This document shows, piece by piece, positions 1-9,069 of a DNA stretch of 64,000 nucleotides; position 1 is the stretch's first letter; each line of letters opens with the position of its first letter. Made by a program: the position numbers and the translations under genes. Under the pieces are notes generated by a model that was given only the letters and a program-made list of their open reading frames with translations, did no database searches and was not told the origin of the DNA. Source of the stretch: Candidatus Multivorans sp. (GTDB lineage: Bacteria; Acidobacteriota; Thermoanaerobaculia; Multivoradales; Multivoraceae); contig OZ245033.1 in the NCBI GenBank assembly GCA_965224025.1, forward strand, positions 3,520,001 to 3,584,000, read 5' to 3'.

Positions 1-35
1 GAAGAAGCCCGCTGGGCCTGGCGGCACCCACGCTT

Positions 36-737
36 TCAGTCTCCGGTCGCCCGCGCCGGCGGCGGCTCCCCGAGCAGGCCGCCCCGCAACTCGACCCGCC
101 GCGGCAGGCGCGCCGCCAGTTCGAGGCTGTGGGTGACGACGATGAGGGCGCTGTCGCCCTCATCGTGAAGTGCGAACAGCAGATCGGCCACCGCCGCGGC
201 GGTCTCGGCGTCCAGATTGCCGGTCGGCTCGTCGCACAGGAGCAGGCTCGGCCGGTTGATCAGCGCGCGAACGATGGCGGCGCGCTGCCGCTCACCGCCC
301 GACAACTGCGCCGGCCGGTGGTCCACGCGGGCGCCGAGGCCCACGGCCTGGAGCAGGCGCCGGGCACGCTCCTCCGCACCGTTCTCACCGCCTCCGGCAG
401 CCACGGTGGGAAGAAGCACGTTCTGCAGCATCGTGTACTGCGGCAACAGGTAATGATCCTGGAACACCAGGCCGACGCGACGGCTCCTGAACGCCGCCAG
501 TTCGCGTTCGGGCAGGTCGTGGGCAGCCTCGCCGCCGATCCGGATGCGGCCGGAGGTCGGTTTCTCGAGCGTCGCGGCGAGATGCAGCAGGGTGCTCTTG
601 CCGCTTCCCGAGGGCCCGGTCACGGCCATGGCTTCCCCCGTCTCGAGCACGAAGGAGATGCCGCGCAGGACCTCCAGGGCGCCCGCCTCGGTCTCGTAGG
701 ACCTGGTGACCGCCTCGAACTCGACCGCCTCCGACAT
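36..737 (-). CDS. ABC transporter ATP-binding protein (LolD/MacB-like)
   Basis: Walker A GPSGSGKS, LSGGE signature, LLLCDEPT Walker B, VTH switch. Start taken at ATG 737 (MSEAVEF). Confidence 0.92.
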   Translation of the reverse strand: MSEAVEFEAVTRSYETEAGALEVLRGISFVLETGEAMAVTGPSGSGKSTLLHLAATLEKPTSGRIRIGGEAAHDLPERELAAFRSRRVGLVFQDHYLLPQYTMLQNVLLPTVAAGGGENGAEERARRLLQAVGLGARVDHRPAQLSGGERQRAAIVRALINRPSLLLCDEPTGNLDAETAAAVADLLFALHDEGDSALIVVTHSLELAARLPRRVELRGGLLGEPPPARATGD

Positions 738-861
738 CGCCCACGGACAATAGCAACTGGCGCCCGGCGGCCTGGTACGGGCGCCGCACACCGGGCCGGC
801 GTGCGCTCGAGCCACCAATCCCAGTCGAGGGCGACGACCGAAGACTACCGACCCTGCCGCT

Positions 862-3800
862 TCACTCCACCTCGAAGTGAATCACTTCCGTGAAGTCGTG
901 GGAAACGAAGTTGCTTGCCCGGTCGTAGAGCGTCATGTCGGAAACCCCCCAGATTCCCGGCGCCGAGCCCGGCGGCAGGACATGCACCACGAAGTGCACC
1001 TTCCACTCGTGGGGATCATCTCGCGGAAAGACCAAATCGCTCTCGTCATCCTTGGTCCAGACATGGTGGGTTATGCCCTGTGGATCGAGAAAGTCGATCC
1101 CTGCGTGCGTATAGCCCGAAATGTCGTCGCGGACGCGAAACCTCAGCCTGACGACCGTTTCACCGTTCGGTTGATCGGGATTCGTGGGCTCCGCGTCGAC
1201 ACTTATCCTGTTCAAATCGAGCTCGGGCGCCTCTGTGTCCGGGTTGGCCGTATCGAGTCGGATGCGTTGAGGCGCTTCGTCCCTGGTCCTCCTCGGTGAA
1301 GAAGACGCGAGTCCAATTGTGGGCCCGATCGCCCATCTTTATGTGGTTCAGGGAGTAGGTCGAAGACGGCATGTAGTCCGGCATGAGAAAGTCCACCTTG
1401 CACAGCTTCTCCGCAGGCCGGAAGTCGTCGTACTTTTCCAGCCGATACGTGTTGGGAATCTCGTCGTTTATGGAGGCGTAGCATGCCTGGCGCTCCAACA
1501 TCACGTTGTTCTCGTCCACCCGCCAACTCGCCTCGATCGACTGAACAACCCGGCCCTCTATTACGTCCTGGCCCTTGCTCAGACGCGCTGATCGAGGAAC
1601 ATACTCAGGCGCCGTCCAGTCCTCGAGGGCGTTGTCGATGTAGAGCTTCCATCCAAAGTCCGCATTCCGCTGGAACCGTTGATTGCCGCTCGGATCGGTG
1701 ATGACGAGCTGCGACGCAAACCAGTAGCCTGCCTTGGTGTGCTTGCTCAGCGTCGTCTTGCCAACAAGAACGGTGCTCACCTCGGCGTCGTTGCCGTTCT
1801 CGTCTACGGGGTAGAAATGCAGCTCGAAGAAGGTACCCGTACTGCTCATCACCCGCGTGTATGCACGGGCGGCGCCCTCGAGAATCCTGTCGAGCGCATG
1901 CAATTCGAGTTCAATGTGGACTTCCTTGTCTTCGTCCGGTCCGCCCGTCACGGCGATGTCCACACGACGAACCTTGCCGGGAAACACATAGTCGGGGAAC
2001 AGGTTGTACACGGTGAACGTCAAGTCCTCCCGGATCTGCGAGATGTACAGATTTCCCTGCATGATCCGGTCCCGCACGAACTCGTACTTGGCAACGGATC
2101 GGGACCTCAACTTGTCCGGCTCGATGATGAAGTACGAGATGGTCTCGGCCATGTCCTCGTTGGGGTTCTTCTCGTGCCCGTACGCGGAAACGAACTCCGT
2201 CTGCTTGGTGGTGGACCAGTTGGACGGGCTTTCCGGATCCCGATACCAGCCGCCAAGTTCGATCCACTCGTCCCGGGTCGCCTGGTCAAAGACATGAGCC
2301 CAGAGAAAGTGCGCTTTCTCGTGGATCACCAGGCGCTGGATGTGGTCGACGTCGCTCGAAAGGAAGGCGCTGTCCATGAACTCGATGTAGCCCGCGCCCG
2401 GCCAGGCGACGGCCGGCGCCTCCGGGTACAGGGGATGAGGCGTGCCGTCGAGGCGCCGGATGAGGTGCTTGAGGCCCTGCGTCTTGTGCATGCCGCTTGG
2501 AAACTCCTCAAGCATGTTGAGCAAGGTGTTGATCTCCTCGGCGTGGAAGCGCTGGAAACGCCCCGGACCTTCGTTGCCGGTCGGCCACGTGAGAGCGGCG
2601 TAGTCGGTTATCTCCGTCGTGACGCCGTAACGTTCCCGGAAGATTCTCTCGTAGGCGCCTCGGTCGCGGCCGTTGTCCGTCACGTAGCGCACGAGTGCGT
2701 GGTGCAGTCGTTTCGAGAACCAGATTCCCCGCTTTCCGTCCACCGTGACCACGCGCGGATTCGCATTCACGAAGGCGGCCTCGGAAACCAGGACGGCGGG
2801 GAAACCCCGGTCGGTCCTGACCTGGATGTCGCCGTGAAGGAAGCTGGGCGTCAGCAGCCACTGAGAAGGAGCCAGTGACTGTTCGCCGTAATGACTCATC
2901 ACCTCTTGCGGGATGGAACGGATGGTCGTCAGCAGCCGCCAGGCGTGTTCCTGCGACCAGGAAGCGTCGTCGGAATCCACGAGCAGAATGTTGTAGTCAT
3001 GTGCCAGGATGTTCGCGGACGAGTTGTCGGCCACGGTGACCGTTTCACCTTCGAACTCGACCTCGAGTCGTCTGTTGACGGCCGCCGAATACTCGGTGCC
3101 CGCGGTGCTCTGATCCTCTTCCCAGTGGAAGACGAACGGGTCCGCAGGAATCGGCGTCAGGTCGAACGGTTCGAAGGGATCCGTATGCGGAAGAGTGATC
3201 AGCCGTGCCGGCGTGGCGCGGTAGCCCTCCGCGTGCACCTTGACGGCGTACTTGCCGGCGGCGAGGTCATGGAATCCGAACCAGCCGGAAGGGTTTGGGT
3301 TCGTGACCCGGAGAACGCTCTTGGCGGTAAGCAGCACTTCGACGTCCTCGTAGGCGCCGCGATAGCCGATGACCTGGCCCTCGAACGAGTGCTCTCCTTC
3401 GGCGGGGTCGTCGTCGGCACAGGCGAACGCCTCGAGGTCGCTCCTCGCCGCGGCGGTCTGGTTGAGGCGGTTCGTGTGCGTCCAGGCGGTACCGCCGCCG
3501 AGTCGCTCGATCGAGAGGTTGAACGCGAGAGTCGTCACCGGCGCGACGAACGCCCAACGGTGGCCATTGACGGCACACCCGTCGAGCACCTTGATCAGTA
3601 CCTCGGCATTGTCGCGCTCGAAGAAGTACAGGATGGCTGATTGCCGGGAGTTCAGATCGTAGTCCCGCACCTCCTCCAGCACCGGTTCGCCATCTCTGAG
3701 GTGTTCGACGCACATGTTGACAATGAAGCCGCTGCTGAGAGTCGTCACGGGTCTGGGCACGCAATCCGTGGTTCCGCCGGCGCCGATGCTCCGAGTGTCA

Positions 3801-4423
3801 GCGATCCGCGGCGGCGACGGAGCGCCGGCGGGCGTCAGTGACGTCTGTGAAGCCGGCCAAGCCGGAAAGTCCGCATCGACGAGGTCTACTCCATTGATGC
3901 CGCCGCTGCGAGCCGCCGTGACCGTGGAGGAATCAGCCGGATTGCAGGGGAAGGCTAGAAGGTCGCTCTTTGTCGTCGCGGTTTGACCGCCGCGCGGGTT
4001 CCGGTGCACCCAGGACTTCCCGGTAGCCGTCTCGTCGACGCGCAGGTTGAACGCCAGCGTCGTCACCGGCGCCACGAACACCCACCGGTGGTCGTTTACC
4101 TTACAGGCGTCGAGCACCTTGATCAGCACCTCGGCGTTGTCCGGATCGAAGAAGTAGAGAAGGCCCGACTCCCGCGACCCGAGCCCGAAATCGAACGCGT
4201 CCGCGCGCACCGACTCGCCGTCTCTTTCGTACTCGATGCACATGCTCACCGTGTACCCGTGTTCGAACGTGATCTGCGGCGCCGACGGCACGCAATCGGT
4301 GTACGTAGCTGGTTCCGCGGCCGTCCGCGAGATGCCGCCGGTCTCGGTGCCGATGGTCTGACCTTGAACGGTCCCCGCGCCCGTCAACGCCAGCACGCAC
4401 ATCGGGAAGAGCTTCTTTCGCAC
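862..4423 (-). pseudogene. Large secreted Zn-metallopeptidase-like protein split by a single frameshift (ORFs 1160-4423 and 862-1215)
   Basis: Signal peptide, two ~115-aa N-terminal repeats, a carboxypeptidase-regulatory-like beta domain, HEKAH (HExxH) and downstream NPNEDMAE. Removing one base at CCC 1281-1283 joins ...FTEEDQ to DEAPQRIRLDTANPDTEAPELDLNRIS..., which runs into the 862-1215 ORF. Could be a sequencing error. Confidence 0.72.
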
Positions 4424-4474
4424 GGGGCCTCCTCTTGCCTACGCCGAACTGCTGCCAAGAAGATGCCAACAACT

Positions 4475-5866
4475 TTATGGGACGCCTTCCGGCGCGTCAA
4501 ACAGGCCAGAATCTCCCGCGCCGCTGGCTACGGAAGGCTTGACCGCGGCGCGCCGGGCGAACCCACGCCGATAACAGGCCAGTGTCGCCTCCGCCATCTC
4601 GCCCGCCGAGTAGTGGCGGCGCACTCCTTCCTTCCCCGACCGCCCGAGTTGGTTCCTGCGCTCCGCGTCTCCGGCCAACTGCTCGACGGCATCCGCCAGC
4701 GCCGATGGATCGCCGGCCGGAACCAGCGTGCCCCCGCCGGTCATCTCGAGCATCTCGGGGAAGGCGCCGTGGTCGGGCAGAACGGCGGGTACGCCATTGG
4801 CCATCGCCTCCAGCGCCGGCAGCCCCTTCGCCTCCCGGTAGACCGTGGGCAAGACGAGCACGTGCAGACTTTGGAGAAGATCGATCTTCTCCCGACGCTC
4901 CACCTCGCCGAGCCACTCGAAGTGCGGCGCAAGGCCCCAGTCGCCGACACGCCGGCGCTGGAGCTCGAAGTAGGTCCGATCGCGGCCGCCCAGGTAACCC
5001 GCGGCACGGAACCGGACTCGACCGGGACCCAGGCGTCCGCTCAACTCCTTGAACGCCTCGGCCGCGAGATGGAACCCCTTCTCGGGGCACATCCGCGCCA
5101 GGTAGCCCATGATCAGCGGCGACTCGTCCGGTTCCGCGGTGCGGTTTCCGTGTCCCTCGAGGTCGATACCCAGGCGGGCGACGTCGATGCGGGACGGCGG
5201 CAGGTCGAGCAGCTCGGTCATGGTCGCCGCGTAGTAGTCGTTCGGGGCGACGAGCACGTCGGCCTCGCGAACCCGGCGCCGCATTTCGGCGAGGACCTGC
5301 GACCGGTGCGGCTCCTCGAGATCCTCGAGGAAGATGTCCTCCCCCTGGAGGCCGCAGACGATGAGCGTCTGGGGCAGCACTTCGCGGAGGTGGTGGACCA
5401 TCCCCAGGAGCATCGAGTTCGTCAGATGAACGACATCGGGCTGGAACTCGCCGGCGAGCCACTTTGCCAGACCCTCGAGCTCCGCCAGTTGGCGGCCCGC
5501 CTCTCCGCGCACCATGGAAAGGGCCAGCTCGCCCAACTGGCGGGCATCGGTCGCTCCGGCCGAACGCGTCAACCGCGCCAGGAGACGCGGGTTGTCGAGC
5601 AGCCGCCGCAGTCCCGCGGGCGCCCGGCTCCAGAACGGCAGTTTCTGCTCCAGGTAGATGTTCACGGCGCCGTAGAAGACCCGGCCGTAGCTGACGTTCT
5701 CCTCGTCGGTTCGCAGCGGCGTATAGATCGGCAGCAGGAGCGCGTTGTGCCCCTGCTGCTGGAACGCGCGCACCAGGGCATTGTCGTGGATGCAGCTCCC
5801 GCAGATCATGCCGCCGGCGCCCGCCGCCAGATAGGCGATCCGCAGCGGTTCGCCTTTGCCGGTCAT
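4475..5866 (-). CDS. Glycosyltransferase family 4 (GT-B fold)
   Basis: GYLARMCPEKG and REAKGLPALEAMANGVP (E-x7-E) motifs. ATG 5866 overlaps the symporter stop (ATGA). Confidence 0.9.
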   Translation of the reverse strand: MTGKGEPLRIAYLAAGAGGMICGSCIHDNALVRAFQQQGHNALLLPIYTPLRTDEENVSYGRVFYGAVNIYLEQKLPFWSRAPAGLRRLLDNPRLLARLTRSAGATDARQLGELALSMVRGEAGRQLAELEGLAKWLAGEFQPDVVHLTNSMLLGMVHHLREVLPQTLIVCGLQGEDIFLEDLEEPHRSQVLAEMRRRVREADVLVAPNDYYAATMTELLDLPPSRIDVARLGIDLEGHGNRTAEPDESPLIMGYLARMCPEKGFHLAAEAFKELSGRLGPGRVRFRAAGYLGGRDRTYFELQRRRVGDWGLAPHFEWLGEVERREKIDLLQSLHVLVLPTVYREAKGLPALEAMANGVPAVLPDHGAFPEMLEMTGGGTLVPAGDPSALADAVEQLAGDAERRNQLGRSGKEGVRRHYSAGEMAEATLACYRRGFARRAAVKPSVASGAGDSGLFDAPEGVP

Positions 5867-7320
5867 GGGATGAAGCGTGCCACGCGTTCCGGCACGGGCG
5901 GTCTGCTGAACAGGGAACCGAGGACCATCGCGACTATCGAGCCGGCGAAGATGACGGCCACCGGCATGACGCCCGTGCCGCCCACGCTGTAGTCCGGTTG
6001 ACCGAACCCGCGAGCGAAGAACCAGGTCCAGAGAACGATCACGGTGACGATCGCGGCGGTCGCGCCCGCAGCCGTGCTGCGCCGCCAGTAGAGGGCCGCG
6101 ACGACGACGGGCAACAGGGAGGCGAAGCCCGTGAACGACCACACCGAGAGGGCGAAGATGCTCCGCTCGGCGACCAGGGAGAGGAGGAAGACGACCGTCA
6201 CGACACCGACCACGAACAGCCGGCCCAGCAGGATTTGGCGGGATTCGCTGAGCTCGCCGCCCAAACGGTAGTGGCGCACGATGTCCTGGGTGAACATCGT
6301 GCCCAGGGACAGCGACTGCGAGTCGAGCGACGACATGATCGCGGCGAACACGCCTGCGCCGAGCAGGCCGGCGAGAAGATCGGGAGTGTAGAGGGTGATC
6401 ATCCGGATCAGGACCGAGTTGGACGCCGGCCCCTCGAGCCCCGGAAAGTCGATGTTCCCGAACACGCCCAGCAGGACGCTCGGGATCCACACCACGGCGA
6501 TGCACACTGGGTAGAGCACGACCGGCGCCTTGAAGGTCGCCGCGCGCCGCGCGGAAAGCCAGTGCGAGAAGATGTGCGGGAACGTGCCCACCGACAGCGG
6601 GATCAAGGTATAGGTCAGAAGGCGCAGCGGGTGAATCGCGCCGCCGCGCACCAGGAGTTCCGGGCGGCTCTCCGCTACCCGGTCGAGCGCCGGTCCCACG
6701 CCGCCGAGTCTGGTCACGATCAGAATCGCCGTCGCCGCGCCCAGGAGCATGAACATCATGGTCTGGAAAGTGTTGACCCAGGCGGTTCCGCGCAGACCGC
6801 CGCTCGTCACGTAGCCGACCACGACGCCCGAGATCAGCAGACCGCCCAGCCAGGACGGCGCCGCGCCGCCGGTGATCTGCTGGAGCGTGATGCCGCCGCC
6901 CATCACGCCGATCAGCAGGTAGGGCGCCAGCAGGAGGACGAGCACGACGAACAGCAGCAGACCGACCGCGTCCGAGCCCCAGCGGGCCCGCACGAACTGC
7001 ACCTGCGTCAGGAGCCCCAGACGGCTGCCGACCGCCCACACCCGGGTGCCGACGAAGAAGAACACGAGCGGCACCATCAGCGCCGACGACGACGCCATCA
7101 GGGCAAACACGCCGATGCCGACCCGGTACGACTCCGCCGAGGCGCCGAGCAGAGCGAACGACGTCATGTGGGTGCCGAACAGCGTCATCAGGAGTACGAA
7201 CGGACCGATCGTCCGTCCCGCGACGAAGAAATCCTCACCGGTCGCGGCCAGGCGCCGGCTGCTCCAGGCGCCGATCACGAGCACGGCCAGGAGATAGCCG
7301 AAGATGATGGCCAGGATCAT
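5863..7320 (-). CDS. Sodium:solute symporter (SSS family)
   Basis: Multi-pass hydrophobic protein with DFFVAGR, GGLRGTAWVN and AAIMSSLDS motifs. Confidence 0.92.
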   Translation of the reverse strand: MILAIIFGYLLAVLVIGAWSSRRLAATGEDFFVAGRTIGPFVLLMTLFGTHMTSFALLGASAESYRVGIGVFALMASSSALMVPLVFFFVGTRVWAVGSRLGLLTQVQFVRARWGSDAVGLLLFVVLVLLLAPYLLIGVMGGGITLQQITGGAAPSWLGGLLISGVVVGYVTSGGLRGTAWVNTFQTMMFMLLGAATAILIVTRLGGVGPALDRVAESRPELLVRGGAIHPLRLLTYTLIPLSVGTFPHIFSHWLSARRAATFKAPVVLYPVCIAVVWIPSVLLGVFGNIDFPGLEGPASNSVLIRMITLYTPDLLAGLLGAGVFAAIMSSLDSQSLSLGTMFTQDIVRHYRLGGELSESRQILLGRLFVVGVVTVVFLLSLVAERSIFALSVWSFTGFASLLPVVVAALYWRRSTAAGATAAIVTVIVLWTWFFARGFGQPDYSVGGTGVMPVAVIFAGSIVAMVLGSLFSRPPVPERVARFIP

Positions 7321-7604
7321 CCGGCGCCTTCCCGAAACGCCGCCGCGCTCCCTCCGCCGGCGTCCGCGGCCTCCCCCGAGCCCGTACCGGTCGCCAGGCG
7401 ATCGAGTTCGGCGGCGGGCCAGGCGCTTCGAACCAGCCACCACATGGTCGCAACCACCGCGGCCGAGAACAGGATGTGGTAGGTCAGTCCGATCGGCGGC
7501 CCGAGGAACCGGCTGCCGTCATTCCAGAACCAGAGGTCGTTGTGGAGGAGGTACAGGACCGGCAGCGCCGCGTACGCCAGCCGCCGAACCGCCGTCGCCG
7601 CCAT
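7317..7604 (-). CDS. Small membrane protein (DUF3311-like), SSS partner
   Basis: LHNDLWFWND...LGPPIGLTYH, two TM segments, stop overlaps the SSS start. Confidence 0.8.
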   Translation of the reverse strand: MAATAVRRLAYAALPVLYLLHNDLWFWNDGSRFLGPPIGLTYHILFSAAVVATMWWLVRSAWPAAELDRLATGTGSGEAADAGGGSAAAFREGAG

Positions 7605-7624
7605 GGACTCCGCGGGCCTCCGGG

Positions 7625-8914
7625 TCAGGGCACGGGTCCGGACACAGCCATCGCATCCGCCGGCGGCGCCGCCTTGCCGCCACCGGCGGACGCGAATGCC
7701 GCCATGTCCTCGAACATCGACGTGAAGTCCAGCTCGAAAACGTCGCCGATCAGAATGCGGGTCACCTTGCTCTGGTGTTGGGGATGCAGCCGCAGGAAGG
7801 AACCGACGCTGAAGTTCGGATCGTAGAACACGTTGACCAACTGCCGTACCGCCTCGACGCCCCTCATCAGCAGGGGCTGGAAACCCCCCAGTCGCTCCGC
7901 CGATACGTCTCCGGCGGCAATCGCGTCGATAGAAGCTTCGGCGGCCAGCTCTCCCGACTTGAGCGCCAGGAACACGCCGGAAGAGTACACGGGGTCGATG
8001 AAGGAAAACGCGTCGCCGATCGCGATCCAGCCGTCGCCCGCCATCTTCTCGATCCTGTAGGAGAAGTCCTTCATCACGGAAACCGGCCGGCACTGGTGGG
8101 CGGGAGCTATGCGCCGCTCGATCTCGGCGCAGCGAGCGACCTCTTCGAAGAAAGTCTCGTGCGGCCTGCCCTCCCGGTTGCGGATCAGGCTGTCCACCTT
8201 ACCCACCACCCCGACGCTGACCACGTCGCCGGCCAGCGGGATGTACCAGAACCAGCACTCGCCGGTCTCGGTGTGCAGGATCAGAGTGGCGCCCTCGTCC
8301 TTTCCCTCATCCCTGATCGCGCCCCGGAAGTGGGTGTAGATCGAGGCGTGCCGCAAACCGTAGTCGACCCGGCCGAGGTCGAGCCGGCGCGACAGCATGG
8401 CGCTCTGACCGGTGGCGTCGATGACGACCCGGCTGTGCAACTCCACCGAACCGCCGTCGCCCGCGGGCGCAGGGCGCACGCCGATCGCCCGGCCGTCGTC
8501 GAACAGCACGTCGCGGACGTTGACCCCGCGGTGGGTTTCGGCCCCCTGCTCCGCTGCCGTCTCCATCAGCAGTTGATCGAACTCCGACCGGCGCACCTGC
8601 CAGGTGCGGGCGCTGTCCTGCCCCGGCCGCTCCTTCTCGAAGTAGAACGGCATCGACGCCTTGCCCGTCCTGGTGAAGAACTGGACGGAGTGCTTCTCGA
8701 CGAAGCGGCTGTTCTTCATCCGCTCCAATGCCCCCATCTTCTCGAACACGCCATGCGTATCGGGCATCAGCGACTCGCCGATCTTGAAGGTCGGCGCCGG
8801 TTCCCGCTCAAGCAGCAGCGTCTGCAGACCGCCGCGGGCGGCGATCGCCGCGGCCGCCGAGCCGCCCGGCCCGGCGCCGATCACGATCAGGTCGTAGAAG
8901 GATGCCGCGAACAC
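7625..8914 (-). CDS. FAD-dependent oxidoreductase, flavin-dependent halogenase family
   Basis: GAGPGG, KIGESL, WFWYIP (WxWxIP), GDAFSFIDPVYSSGV. GTG start at 8914 inferred from a TAGACT hexamer 7 nt upstream. Confidence 0.85.
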   Translation of the reverse strand: MFAASFYDLIVIGAGPGGSAAAAIAARGGLQTLLLEREPAPTFKIGESLMPDTHGVFEKMGALERMKNSRFVEKHSVQFFTRTGKASMPFYFEKERPGQDSARTWQVRRSEFDQLLMETAAEQGAETHRGVNVRDVLFDDGRAIGVRPAPAGDGGSVELHSRVVIDATGQSAMLSRRLDLGRVDYGLRHASIYTHFRGAIRDEGKDEGATLILHTETGECWFWYIPLAGDVVSVGVVGKVDSLIRNREGRPHETFFEEVARCAEIERRIAPAHQCRPVSVMKDFSYRIEKMAGDGWIAIGDAFSFIDPVYSSGVFLALKSGELAAEASIDAIAAGDVSAERLGGFQPLLMRGVEAVRQLVNVFYDPNFSVGSFLRLHPQHQSKVTRILIGDVFELDFTSMFEDMAAFASAGGGKAAPPADAMAVSGPVP

Positions 8915-8921
8915 CGCCGGG

Positions 8922-8927
8922 AGTCTA
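8922..8927 (-). promoter_or_regulatory. Putative sigma70 -10 hexamer (TAGACT) for a leaderless halogenase-like transcript
   Basis: TAnnnT 7 nt upstream of GTG 8914 with no obvious SD sequence. Confidence 0.4.
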
Positions 8928-9069
8928 TGGCAGGGAGCCGATGCCGGCCACACGCAACCTGGACGACTTCCTTCCCGTAGTGCCGGTTGGTGTAGCCTGA
9001 GATCTTGATGCAAACGGCGAACGCGAGGTTCCCGGCGCGCCGCCCCAGAGTTTCGAGAGGTACCCGCCC

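Noticed and set aside
5867-7039. N-terminal 390 aa of the 854-aa ORF, suggesting a GT4 fusion
   Set aside because: Out-of-frame overlap with the SSS gene. The GT4 starts at ATG 5866.
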